This document shows, piece by piece, positions 26,407 to 39,700 of a stretch of DNA of 64,000 bases (within the stretch, counting starts at the first letter, position 1; each line of letters starts with the position of its first letter). The position numbers and the translations under genes are program-made. Under the pieces are notes generated by a model. It searched no databases. It saw only the letters and a program-made list of their open reading frames with translations, and was not told the origin of the DNA. Source of the DNA: Podarcis pityusensis (taxonomy: Eukaryota); assembly GCA_964106645.2 (NCBI GenBank), contig OZ067038.1; one strand, written 5' to 3'.

Positions 26407-26770
26407 CGGGATGGGGGTGGCGCTGTGGGTAAAACCTCAGCGCCTAGGACTTGCCGATCGCATGGTCGGCGGTTCGAATCCCCGTGGCGGGGTGAGCTCC
26501 CGTCATTCGGTCCCAGCTCCTGCCCACCTAGCAGTTCGAAAGCACCCTAAAGTGCAAGTAGATAAATAGGTACCGCTTTATAGCGGGAAGGTAAACGGCG
26601 TTTCCGTGTGCTGCTCTGGTGCTGGCTTGCCAGCTGCAGCTTCGTCACGCTGGCCACGTGACCCGGAAGTGTCTGTGGACAGCACTGGCTCCCGGCCTCT
26701 AGAGTGAGATGGGCGCACAACCCTAGAGTCTGTCAAGACTGGCCCGTACAGGCAGGGGTACCTTTACCTT
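26407..26770 (+). mobile_element. Sauria SINE (full length)
   Basis: tRNA-like head with B box ggttcgaatcc, ACCTTT tail, 12-bp TSD tattaatatagt (26395..26406 / 26771..26782). Confidence 0.92.
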
Positions 26771-26837
26771 TATTAATATAGTATATAGTATATACTATAG
26801 TACTATATATAATATAGTAATATAGTATATTCATCTT

Positions 26838-27171
26838 GAGAGTCCCATGGACTGCAAGAAGATCAAACACATCCATTCTTAAGGAAATTAGCCCTGAGCG
26901 CTCACTGGAAGGACAGATCGTGAAGCTGAGGCTCCAATACTTTGGCCACCTCATGAGAAGAGAAGACTCCCTGGAAAAGACCCTGATGCTGGGAAAGACT
27001 GAGGGCACGAGGAGAAGGGGACGACAGAGGACGAGATGGTTGGACAGTGTTCTTGAAACTACAAACATGAGTCTGACCAAACTGCGGGAGGCAGTGGAAG
27101 ACAGGCGTGCCTGGTGTGCTCTGGTCCATGGGGTCACGAAGAGTCGGACACGACTAAACGACTAAACAACA
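26838..27171 (+). mobile_element. BovB (RTE) LINE, 5-prime truncated
   Basis: RVPWTARRSN...LQYFGHLMRREDSLEKTLMLGK..GRQRTRWLD...HGVTKSRTRLND, (CAA) tail, TSD attcatctt (26829..26837 / 27172..27180). Confidence 0.93.
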
Positions 27172-27559
27172 ATTCATCTTCAACATAACTAGCACCAAGT
27201 TCCTAGTTTTAAGGTTTATTCATCTTACGTTCACCAACCTGAACTCATAGTTGATCATTTCCAGGCAATCATGTTCCCCCAAGTGAAAGCTGGTGAAAAT
27301 CAATCTTTGCTAGATAATGGGTATGACAAATGTTTTCCCCTGTGTGAAGGGAGGATGTGCCCCTGCCTTTGACCCCCCCTTTTTTTACTGGCTTTTGGTT
27401 TAAGAATGGCACTACCACCAACTTCTGTGTTGGTAACCTCAAGGCTGGATCATTCCAATGAACTTTCTGTGGCTAGCCCTCGGGCCTGATGCAGAACCTC
27501 CAGCTGGTGCAGATTGTGGTAGCTAGACTGATGGGGGCACATGGCTGACAACACTAATT

Positions 27560-27990
27560 AAAACATCTACACTGGTTGCCTGTTAATATAAGGATGTTGA
27601 ACTTGGCTTGGTAGTTAATTTACAAACACTAAACAACTTGGGCCTGAGGTACCTTTGGGACCATCTGAACCAGCTCAATTACTGAGTGCCTCTGTAGGCA
27701 CATTGCTGGTCATCCCCTGGTATGGCTTATTTGACACCAACAAGAAACCAAGTCTTTCATGCCATTGGCCCAATCCTGTGGAATACTCTTCCACTGGAGA
27801 CTGAATAGGTATGTTCAATATTCACCTTCAAAACCTTTTGATGGCATCAGACATATGCATAATAAGAAAAACTTTTGTCTGGAATATAGGTAGTTGATGA
27901 CCTGTGATTTTAAATGTTTTTATTGTGTATATAGAATTGCTGTAAATCACGTTGATTTTTTAAAAAAATGAAATTGCAGTATACAAGTTT
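27560..27990 (+). mobile_element. Old L2-like LINE 3-prime fragment
   Basis: ctacactggttgcct (LHWLP) and ctgtggaatactcttcc (LWNTLP) motifs typical of the L2 ORF2 end. Confidence 0.55.
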
Positions 27991-28225
27991 TTCAGTAACT
28001 AAAGTAGTTGAAAAATTAGCATTTTCCAGCAGCTCCACCACTTACCTCTTTGAAATAAGACTTTTCACTAGGCCTCTGGCTTACAGCTGAAGTAAGTGAC
28101 ATAACATTTTTATTGGAAAGTATATGAATACATGTTGAAGTAACTCTTGAAAATTAGTTCCAAAGAAATATAATTGAGGACCCTTCTCCTTTTAACCAAA
28201 ACACTTGTAAATTATTAGCTATGTA

Positions 28226-28452
28226 CAGTGGTACCTCGGGTTACAGACGCTTCAGGTTACAGACTCCGCTAAGCTAGAAATAGTACCTCGGGTTAAGAAC
28301 TTTTGCTTCAGGATGAGAACAGAAATCGTGCAGCGGTGGTGCAGCGGCAGCGGGAGGTCCCATTAGCTAAAGTGGTACCTCAAGTTAAGAACAGTTTCAG
28401 GTTAAGAACGGACCTCCGGAACGAATTAAGTTCGTAACTAGAGGTACCACTG
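28226..28452. mobile_element. Tc1/mariner MITE
   Basis: TIRs cagtggtacctc(gg/ta)gttac; TA TSD on both sides (28224-25, 28453-54). Confidence 0.9.
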
Positions 28453-30660
28453 TACTATCATCAGCTGGTCTTGGGAAAACCATTGGTCACCTTGTAGGTC
28501 ATTATTGGAATATAATTCCATTGTGCTATATTCCAGTCTGGCTAGAAGGATAAAGAATTCCCAAAGCACCTAACAAACCACAGAAGGCCCTGGATCAGAC
28601 ATTATACAGTTTGTGGCATTCTGCAAGAGACTTTTAGGGGTAGTTTTGATATTGATATTACTTCTGCCAAAGACAAATGCCCAGGAGCACTTTAGGCTAG
28701 AGACTGGGGTTAGATCATGTTTTTTCATGGACCAGTGTCATGCAAAGGTATTGCCAGTAGCTACTTTGAATACAAATTGAAATGCCATATTTGAGCACTT
28801 AAATAAACTCACAATTTTGAGAGTTAGTAATGCAAAACAGCAACATGCTTGAAGGCAAGAAATTGGAGCTTCAGCTCCTTTCTGTCCAGCAGTAGGGGTG
28901 AGAAACCTTGAGAGGTTACATGGTTAGATGATGGCTGTTGCCTAAAACAAACAAACCCCCTTTATCAACAAGAAATGGAACCATATACTTCAGGAAGTTA
29001 ACATCTCATTACTTTAATCAGGAAACCATAAATGGTCCTTCATGTCCACAGTCATAAGAAATAGTTTATAAGATAACAGGTTGCAGGGAATGGTCTTCGG
29101 CATTTTACAGTACAATCCTAAGCATGTTTCCTCAGAATTAACTTCCCCAGAGTTTAATGGGATTTACTCGCAAGAAAGTTTGCACAGGATTGCAGTCTCA
29201 GCCTGGTTTCTAATGAAAAGGAAGAAATAAGTTGTGCCCAGAGTCTTATCCCTGAGCTGATGCTTAGTGTTGTTTTTCCTTCCCCATATTTGGTGAAGAA
29301 CAGAGCAGGCAGATCAAACACATAGCAATGTCAGCCAATCACACTGCTTAATGGCTAAGTCATTACAAAAATAAACTTTTAGCCAATCAAAACCCCATCA
29401 ATTAAAACAAGTACCACAAACTTCTTTAAAATGTGCTTGTCTGAAAAAGCTACTTTCTAACTAAGTGCAGATCACAGCGAATGTATAAGCCTGTCAGAGA
29501 CAATCATTTTAGAAACTTTCTACCAGTGCACTGCATCAACATGTGCATTTTTATTTATGACATCCACAGACCCAACAGGGCAGAATGGAAATCGAGTCAC
29601 CAGAAGAGATCATTTTGAAAGCATAACCATGTCTGTTTCTGAAAATAAGTATTATAGTTTACCCTGCAAACGGGAGTGGGGGAAATGACAGCTGTTTGGA
29701 ACAACATACTTGCAGTGACAAAGGACAAAGCAGCCTATATGGCTACTTTACAAAGTGAAAGCATCCACATACATTTTTTTTTAAATATAGGTTTCCTTTA
29801 GAGTAATAAATATTTCTTATTTTATGATAGAGCAGCAACATTTGAGGGGAATAAAGAACTTTGGACTAAAGACCCCCCCCCCAATTAAATAACCCTAGAG
29901 AATTAGGATTCCTAATTCATATTTACAACTGCTGACTGTAAACACAGCCTACAAACTCTGGATCTTCTCCAAATGCCACAGACCATGCTTGTGGTCTTGG
30001 GGAGGCAATATATTGACACACACCATGTTGGCAGGTAATATACAAAAAACAATTCTTTTAGCGTCTGTGGCTTACCTAGAAACTGCACTAGACAATCAGG
30101 TCAGGCCCCTCAATTCTTGTTTCCACACAGATGTGCAACATTGTGTTTGTTTAGGGCACCACTGGTGAAAAACGGCCCCTTGCCCTTATGTTTTAGCTGC
30201 ACTTGCTGAAGGCAAGCCAGTGTTTGAACCACGCTAGCAGAATCTACAGTGCTCGCAAGACAGTTACATTTAGTCAGAGTTATTTCTGCTTGGCGTTACT
30301 GCAGATGCAGGGAAAAAGACTGTCCCCAGGAAACCAGATTGTAGAGCCCTGTTGAGGGAGGAAGAAGCATCGGTGTCTCTCAACACATGAGAAAACGGAA
30401 GAACAGGCCTTGATCTTGTTTCCTAATGCACTGTATTCAATACGAACCTCACACGGGTAGGAAAGCAAGTCACACCCTTCCCAAGGACTAGTTCAAAGAG
30501 ATACAGACCACTGTTTCTGCACCTGACAGAGCAAAGCAATAGTGCCTACGAAATTGGAGGATGGGGACAGAACAAGACACTAAGGGAAGAAAGGCAGAAT
30601 GCATGGGCTTCCTTTTCCAGGGTGTCTAAAAAGTTCAATGCCGCTGTAGAATAAGCCGTT

Positions 30661-30738
30661 TTACTGTAAGGTCTCTACAAAGGCATCAAATTCTTTGACA
30701 TTTTTCTCATGGACAGCCAGTTTATCTGGTAGAGAATC
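30661..30738 (-). CDS. ATG13: ATG13 coding exon 17 (stop)
   Basis: [28 protein letters not shown]. Confidence 0.95.
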   Translation of the reverse strand, partial: DSLPDKLAVHEKNVKEFDAFVETLQ

Positions 30739-33700
30739 CTGTGAAGACAAAGAAAAATTATCAGTAGCTACATTAGCCAGTTCTTTTTTTTTAACATAAT
30801 ACACAGCAGGTGTGGGGGCCCTCCAGATGTTGTTGAACTCCAACTCCCATCAGCACCAGCCAACATGGTCAATGGTAAGGGATGATGGGCATGGTAGTCC
30901 AAGAGCATTTGAGGGACCACAAGCTCCTCACCCCTGAGACACAGGAGTAAAAGAGGTAGTTCAAAAAACATAAAACAGAAGAGCAGAGTAAGGCATAATT
31001 AATAATAATAATGCCTTATCTGAAGACAGATTTGATTCAATAGATTCAGCACAACATTACTATCAAACTATGAAATGCTCTCAAGATCTCCCAACCTGTA
31101 TGCAGAGCTATCCTGGAAAGGAGTAAAATGCTGTAAACAGCATCTATCCAAGTCCATGGCTTGTTTGTAGGTGTGAGGTGCATGAGATTGTGACCTCTGA
31201 AATTTGCTGGAACAGCTTTAGCACAATTACACTTGTCAGCCTGCTGCTAACAGATGGCAACTTGCAGGGATTTTCTTTAAAAACCTTTTGTACATTTTAC
31301 AGAGTTTCAGAGGCAAAAACAAACATGTCATTAACCATGAAGAGCATATGATCTATAATAAAGCAGAGAAAACAAAAGGGAGGGAGAGAAGAGTGTGAAC
31401 AAATGCAGTCAGACTTGCTCGGCTACAGTTGGGAATGAAGACTGAAGAGTTAAGACAAAGACCTCATGGGAAAGATATGCTCAAGGGGCAGGGGGAGCAC
31501 TGTGCTTAAGGAATCAGCTCTGCACATAGGAGAAAATATGAAGTTGTGACTGAGTGCAGGATACTGTCTGAGGGAGCTACGGATGGTACAATTCTGAAGA
31601 TGTAGGGAAGCAGGGAAATGAGAAGCAGTGTCAGAAAACACCTCAGATGATCTTGTAACAACATATTTATGTGGTACCAAAATGTTACTTCTTCATATAC
31701 TGTGCTTTATCTCAAGGAACCCTACAAAAACCCTGTAAGGCATGTCAAAATGATTATTCCAATACATTGTGTGGGTGGTCACTGGGGCGGTCTAAGGTGA
31801 TGAAAAAGTGGCCTGCCTAAGGCTATGTATTTTTATAGCACTTACAAAAGATTTGAACTTGGAGCTTTGGCACTTTTGAGTTCACAGCACAGTTATCTAA
31901 TACATTAAATAATGAATGACCTGTTTGATCAGTCCTCTCAAATAAGGCATATTTGGTTTATGTATGGCAGGGAGCAATGTCCCTCAAACTGAAATCCCAT
32001 TTTTGCATACCAGATCTTCTGCCATGGACTGAGCCCCAATGTCAATGGAGAGGCTGCTGAGCTGAGGAGGATTCTGAAATTCACGGTAGAATGTTCCAAG
32101 GTCTATTGGGAGAATGTCATCCTTAGAAAATGCCGGTTTCTAGAATTAAATGGACAAATATCAGTCAGCTGTACATTGATAACACAACAGTGCTCTGTTC
32201 AACCATCATCTCATAATGTATTTAACCACTATCAATGAAATGCATTCCATTGTTTCACCCAACAACAGCACAATGTACGGCATATAGTAGAACATGTTTT
32301 CATCTTTGTCCTATCAAAACTGGTCATCTGGCTATTCTCTGGACTGCAGGTGAACCTTTAGTCTGTAGTGTGTGATGTTATATTGCTTTTACTATTTTTG
32401 TTGGGAGCCGCCCAGAGTGGCTGGGGCAACCCAGTCAAATAGGCAGCATATAAATAATAAATTGTTATTATTATAACCTGTGTTGTAGACCACCTTCTTA
32501 GATACTGCTCTTTGCTCATGTCACCCTATAATCTGAGTGATGTAGAGAATTTGCTGAGATTGATTTGGGGTGACAGTTTGTGAAAAGGGCCACTTTTGGA
32601 CAGAAGGCTGCATCAAATAGCCTTTGAGTTCTAGTCCTATGAGTAAAACTCATCATGGGTTCTTAAGAATAAAAGTTTCAGGTCTCTCAAAAGGGTCCAG
32701 TATGCTGGAATTCCTGCAAGCTCAGTCTTTCAATATTCTGGGAGGCCACATCAGTACACTTCTGCTTTTTAATGAAATAATATTCAGAGCCATTTGCCCC
32801 ACACTGGTTCTGTGAAGATGCCTTTTCCCAAGGAATTTCATATATTTTAGCATTTCAGTTCTGCTTCAGACATCGAGGCGAAGGATGTATGTGTATGTAA
32901 AGGGCTGCATCAACTTACAAAATCAACCATAACAAAATCGTCATGGATGTTCCCATTGCTGCTGCCACTGGAGCCCACTGAGTGTAGGCTGCCCTGGAGG
33001 GGAGACTCTATTTCTGGAGAGTCAGGAGGATTCACCTGTTGAAGAGATCCAAGTGTCAGACCAACATACCCAAATACTGGCATGAGGGAATTAAATGGAT
33101 GCTAAAAGTTATGTTTTTCAGTCAGAAAACACAAGCATGCTAATGGCTGGGTTAGGAAATTCAGACCCACTCAAATCTGAGAAGGCAGGACTGAGCAAGA
33201 CTGGCATTTCTTACCATGGGGTCATTATCTTCTGGCTCAATGTTCTTGGGAGCAAACATAGCAAAAGGAATGTCCAAACTGGCCATGGTCACCTAGAAAG
33301 GATCAAAAGACAGAATCCCAAATGTTCAGTCAAATGCTGCTCCTCTTACCCAGCATGCAACACAGCACTGTGAATCTTCAAACTATGATCAACTAATGTT
33401 CAAAGGAGAAAGAAATAGAAAGGCTGCTGTTGTTTTCTGCCTGCTGTTTCAAGGGAGAGGATATTCCTTGTGTTTTTTCTTTCCTAAAGAACAGCACATC
33501 ATAGAATTTCAGAGCTGGAAAAGACCTTGTCCAACCCCTTGCTCAATGCAAGTCTTGCAACCACCATATTTCTGACACAAAGTCTCCAAGAGCAATGAAC
33601 TTAAATTACCTGGTTGATAGGTTTATTGACAAAGGCTCCCACCTTCCGCACAAATATTGTCTCCCAGAGATCATGTGGGGACCCACTCTTTCCTTCACTG

Positions 33701-36700
33701 CTGTTAGATACAGTTTCTGTGTCCTCACTGAGAGAGAAAAGAGAAGGGGTATTAATTGATTTCCTTTTGTTTTTCTTGCTCTGCACAAGCTCTGGAATGA
33801 AGCACTGGTACATGAGAGTGTATTATTTGTTTACCCATATGTTGTACTGCAGGTACAAAAGGCAGTATTCTACACACAAAGGACAATGCATAATGTGTAA
33901 AAAATATCAGCAAAGTTCATGGTGAATCAAAGTCATCTCAGTAGTCATCCCAAGTAAAACTGAAAAGGCCCTCTCCTGGGTACCCACTTGCTGTATTTCA
34001 GATAGTGGTGAGGGTGGTGATCTCAAAGGAAGGTATCCAAAGTGGAGTAGAAATCCTGGACAGACTCATTTGCAGGGGGTGTGTGTCTTAACATATTGTG
34101 GTCCCAAGATTTTAAATATCAAAGCCAACATTTTGAATTGAGCCTGAGAACAAACTGGTAACCAGTGAAGTTGGTGGAGGATTTGTGTAATACAATTTGA
34201 ACAGAACCCTCCCAGCAACATTCTGGATAAAAGACTACAAAACTGTTCCCACAGAATATTTCACTACTCTTTTCTCTTTCTTTGTGCAAAACAGAATTTT
34301 CCTCAATGGATTTTGTTTTCTTAATATTTTCATGGGTATCTCCCCACTTCAAGTTGTGATTTGTATGTTGAATTAATATCCACACCATAAATGTCTTCAA
34401 AAGGCAATGTCATTCCAGGCCTTTAGAGCCTCCTGATCATATCCCTCATGGATGCAGGTACAGGTGTGGAGAGGGAGATTACAGCCATATGAACAGGGGC
34501 ACTACCCAGACATTATGGAATACACGTGAACAGGCCCTAGACCAAATAGTGCCCCCTACACCTATTCAGCTTTTGAAAGCCCTATTTTTTATTGCATTTG
34601 TATCCCATTTCATGACTTTGAGGTGTAGTATGCATGGATGATTTATTCCTGTCAAATAATGGTGATTAATTGGCAAATGTGGATCTGTCAATCTGTATAT
34701 ATTGATATCACACATAAACATAAAAAACACTAAATTGGCTTCTTCTAAGCTTGTGGGAGCTTCCTAACATTAATTGAAATGTACTAACATCAAGAAATTG
34801 AACTGTACAGCAGTGCTGGCTGGACCAGTATTAAATAGTGTTACAGCTTTACAAGTGAAGATGAAGTGTTTGCATGTTTATTTAAGTTTATTTAAGGGGA
34901 CAGACAGTGGGCAATTTGAGACTAGCATCCCAGGCACTTGTCTAAATTACATCCTCAGGAAAAATAGAAATGTTAAATTTGCCAAAGCTACCAGTATTAA
35001 ACTGCAAATGTCAGTGTTGGTACTGTCCTCATCTCTAAAGGGCAAGGTTTGTGCTTAACCCTAACAGAAGCTCTGCAGGAATTGGTGTTTGAGGTATTCT
35101 TGTTAGAAGCTACAGCTATGCTTTAGTACCTGCAGTCAGTCATTTTACAGAAATGAAACCACAACTACTTTATTATTACTAATGAAGAGTCTAGTATGTG
35201 GAACTAATGAAATGTCACAAGGTGGAAATAGTGGCATTAAAAGTAGCTGGATCAGACAGATGTAGATCTTACTAAGAGTACAGCTCCAGTTCTTACATTT
35301 TTAGCTGCTACTGAAATTTGTAAAGTTTCCAAAGTCCGAAACAATGCTGAACTTTAGGTGCTGATCCATCAAGAATAGTGAAAGTTACTGTAATTACTGA
35401 ATACTAAATAATGTTGATTTTATGTGTGTAGATGCATTTTACTATGAAAACATTCTATCAAACAGCTGTTGGATTTGTAAAATTACTGTCCTATCTTCCT
35501 ACAGGGCTGTAGTTACTGCAAATGTAGGAGAATCCTACTTACACATGCTTTCTCTGCACTTTCACTTTGGGGGGAAAGAAAGGGAGGAAAAAGAATCTGA
35601 ATTAGGGAAAGTTAAAATCCTCTAATGATCTTCCTAACTGCCTCTTTCCAGAAAGCTGCTTATAGCCTAGCAAATGAATTATTATTTTTAAAACCTGTAG
35701 TAAGACTATGAATCACCATGGAGAGATGGAAAACTTACCTGCTAGCTGGAGTAACTGCAGAGTAGTGACCCCCATCCAAAGGGGTGCATGTGGCCATTCT
35801 CTCATGATCAGCCTGAGTGCCATGAACTGGTTGGCTAGGAATCAAGGGCACTCCTCCATCCTTCCCTGGAACCATCAACTGGAGGAGAAAGGGATAAGAA
35901 AATTAGATATTTTAGTATTCATTTAAAAAAGCTCTAGGCTCTTTTATTTTCAAATGTATGGTTGCCTGACTCTCAGTGATAGGTAGCTGACAGCTGGTTA
36001 CATGTTATACTCATGATATGAGAAACAGCCTGGTTCTGCCTGAAGGCTTCCTACCAACAGGTAAAGAGAGCTGGAGAGGATCTCAGTCACTTACAATGAA
36101 GTTAAGACAGGGAGCACCAGAAGAAATTATCAACTAAGGAGAGTGATAACCAGACATGACAAAGAAAGCTGGGCACTGGCCCCACATTCCCAGCACTTGA
36201 CTAGGATATCCTCCAGTTTTCTTTGCTTTATGGCAGAAAGCCTTCAAATTTCTTAACAGGCAAAGCAAGGCTGCTTCTCATGTTGCTCAGCTCTGACTGT
36301 ACCCTACAAGTAAAATAATGGGGTAAGAATGGATAGAGAAATATGTCAACAGTTAAGGAACAGAGTTAGCTATGAGACATATAAAATGGTCTCAAACCTC
36401 TAAGAATACCTGGTGAGGATGTGCAGCACTCAAGCCGCCAGCAAAGACTACTGGGTAGGCCAGGTCAGCTGATCCAACTCCCAGGGCTGTAGGCTGATAA
36501 GAAAGACGAGAGCTGGAGAGCTAAGAAATGAGAGGGGGAAAGGGAAAGGGAGAGAAAGGGAAAACCCCACACAGTCTGAATAATTTTCAGAATTACTGGA
36601 AAAGGCCAGGAAAAGAAATCAGATTTACAGAATAAAATACTAGGCTGGAACTGAGGTAGTCTGAGCCACATGCACACACAAAACCAAACTAAACCAAACC

Positions 36701-39700
36701 AATCCTAAACATCTTTACTTAAAAGAAAAAGTTGCCACCGATTTCAATGGAACTTATTTTCAAGTTGTGTTTAGGATTACCAGGGACCACTCTCAAGCCT
36801 GGATTTTGCTTTAAAATGATGCTCAACACCTACAAATGATGGAGATGACATTCATATAGGACTGAGAGGATAGTATGAAGTATGTTGACCAATAACATGC
36901 TGGACAAGAGAGCAATTACTTAAAAGCTGTGTTTATTATTTGTTTTCTATGAGTTTTTTTTAAATGACTGTTCTGTGTTTTATTGAAATGTTTTATATAT
37001 TATTGTTATATGCTACTTCAACTTCCTATTGATCTTCACTGCCTTTATTAAATAAATGCTACAGAAGAAGCCTGGAAAACCATTGCTCTGACAGCAGACT
37101 CTAACTGTGGATATAGGTTCATTGTCAAACAAATCATGTGACCAACTGCATGCCTCTCTTTGACTCCCACACCAAGAAGGGCAAAGCCCGAACATAAAGC
37201 CTCACATTCTGCATCTCAGTTATAGAGGCAAAAGTTTCCAGAGCAGGCATTTTATAGTCCTCAATGTGAAAGTCCACCTCATAGCCCAAACCTTCCTCTG
37301 CTTAATATTTTAAAAATCTTTAAATTGTATATATAACCTAATAAACAATATCATTAAAACAAGAATACTACATCAAACCCTTAAAAGAACAGTTGTGTAA
37401 AAGCATATAAAACAAATGAAAACAGGATTTCAGGGAATTCAAACAAATAAAAACAGGACTGTTTTCAAAATGACTCAGGTAACATTAAAAAATAGAATCT
37501 ATTGGTATCACACCCCCAAAGCACAGTCTGAAACAGCTACAGAAAAACATTGGACAACAAAATATTAAATTCCTCACTGGGCTATCAGAAAGCTCTGGAA
37601 AAGAAACAGAAGAAATGCCTATGTGGAATACTGGGCTCACAGTAATTAATTAATGTGCTCCAAAAGCCAATGTCTAAGGCCAACTGTAACAAAATTAATC
37701 CACTAGAATAAAATTGACTCCTGAGGTACAATAACTGCTTCAGGCCTTTATAATGGTGACAATAAACTTTTAATTTCTTTAGAGGTGAAAAATATTGTTT
37801 ATTTCCTGTCCCCTGGTCAACTCAAGAAAACACACAGCAATTTCCAGAAAACTATTCCACGAAGCGATCAGTATTCTACGATTGCTCTATAAAGTTTGCC
37901 CTGTAGTCTAAACTACATATTTTCATTGCTTCTTTGCAAATTTCCTGTTCAGCAATAAAGACAATAAATTTATAACTTCAGAGATGTTTGATTCATTTTC
38001 TTTTCTAAAAGGTAGTAAGTGACTGAACAGATTTTGCAAACCTCTAAGCACATTAAACTCAAATGCATGTTTCATTTTAGGCTAACCAGCCTAAAGAGCC
38101 AAATCTAAGGAAAATTATTTACTAGTTAGTGAAAAAATACTTTTGTCATGCACCTTCTTTATTTTAAAGGTGATGTCAGGCCAAACATATTTTTTTCTAC
38201 TATGAACTCACTTGATGTGAAAAGGTCAGCCCCATCAAAGGGCCCTTCAATGTATCCGTCACGACAGGAGGAGGGGTCTGAAAATGTGCTTTAGTGACAG
38301 TAAATACACACTGAACACAGACACACAAAAGGAAAAGAAAGAAAAAGACTTCAGAAAGAAAAACTGAAAAGAGTTGGATGAAGTGAATGTTGGTGAGGAC
38401 TGTGGCTACAGCTATGAGAAACATTCATACATGTCAAAGAGTTGCAGAATTGCAGGGGAGCTGCATGCTTTATAAAGGGTTTAAAATGTCAGGAAACTGT
38501 TGTCTGCTTTTTAAAAAAAGTGTTCCTAGTTGTAGTCTTTATCAATGAATTCACTGCTGATCATATATAACCAACAGCCTGAAACTCTCTTCTAAAGTCA
38601 GATGTTGTAGGACTTTTACTGATCATCTTAACAACTAGGCTTGAATAGCTGTTGGTGACAACTGAGCAAAGGGGGAGCTATATAAAGTGGAGATCACTCT
38701 AAGTCCTCATGCATCTCAGTGATCAAAGCAATCTCCAGTTGCACTAGGCTTGAAGGTTCAATACAAACAGTAAGACAATAGGCTTTGTCAAACACTGCTT
38801 TTTTAAAAAAAGATACCTCACCCTGTTACAAAGCAGCTGAACACAAACCCTAGCAAGAACAGAGCAAAAGCCTTGAGCCACAAACTCATCAGCTGTGCTG
38901 GCTGTCAAAGTCAGAAGCCATGTGTCTTCAGACTAGAGTTTGATTGAGACAACTGAAGTAATAGATTCAGAACCTTTTATAGGAACTTGTTTCTTTTGTG
39001 ATATTTGACTGGGCAACCAGGAGAGCCCCTAAGCATAAGGCAAAAATCTTTAGAGTGCCCCAAAACATACATAAATTGGAACTGGACACTTTGATCCAGG
39101 AAAACAGGGGTGAAGCAGAAGGCTGTGCCCAACCCACAGCTGCCTGTAGAGCATGCTCATCCCCTAGCCTGAAGTTAAGATATGATCCTCAGCAGTTTCC
39201 TAGGATTATGTGCACCACAAGTGTTACATGCCTTCTCCTTCCCTAACAACATCTGTTTACATATCTTCTCTTCTGGAAATGCAATCAGAAACTCATTTCC
39301 ACACCAGGGTTGCCCTAGTGAAGGAGATTCGAAAACTAAACCTTCAACACCAACTGCACAGCTCCAAAGGCTCTTTGCCAGTCTTTTAAATCTATAGAAT
39401 ACATCGGCCAGAATATGGAAAGTTTTAAAAGGAAAAGAGAAGAGAAAAGTGACCCAATCTTTAAGTATTTTACACTTGCCAGGTATAGAGAAAGGTTTTT
39501 AAATTGCAGCAGGATGGAAACAGGTGAATACTATGCAATCAACAGATTGTCAGCAAAATTGATTCAGAACTTAAACTGTACTCTGTGCAATCAAGTGTGA
39601 CCAATACCACATTGTTTTATCTATAAAGAGACAGAATTTTTGTATGCACAAGGAAACTTATCATTAGGCACAGATGTAGTAAACTATCATTTAGTTTTCA

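Noticed and set aside
26407-26500. tRNA gene (A/B boxes); likewise ~60950 and ~49320
   Set aside because: These are SINE heads with SINE bodies (and TSDs for the two Sauria copies), not cloverleaf tRNAs.
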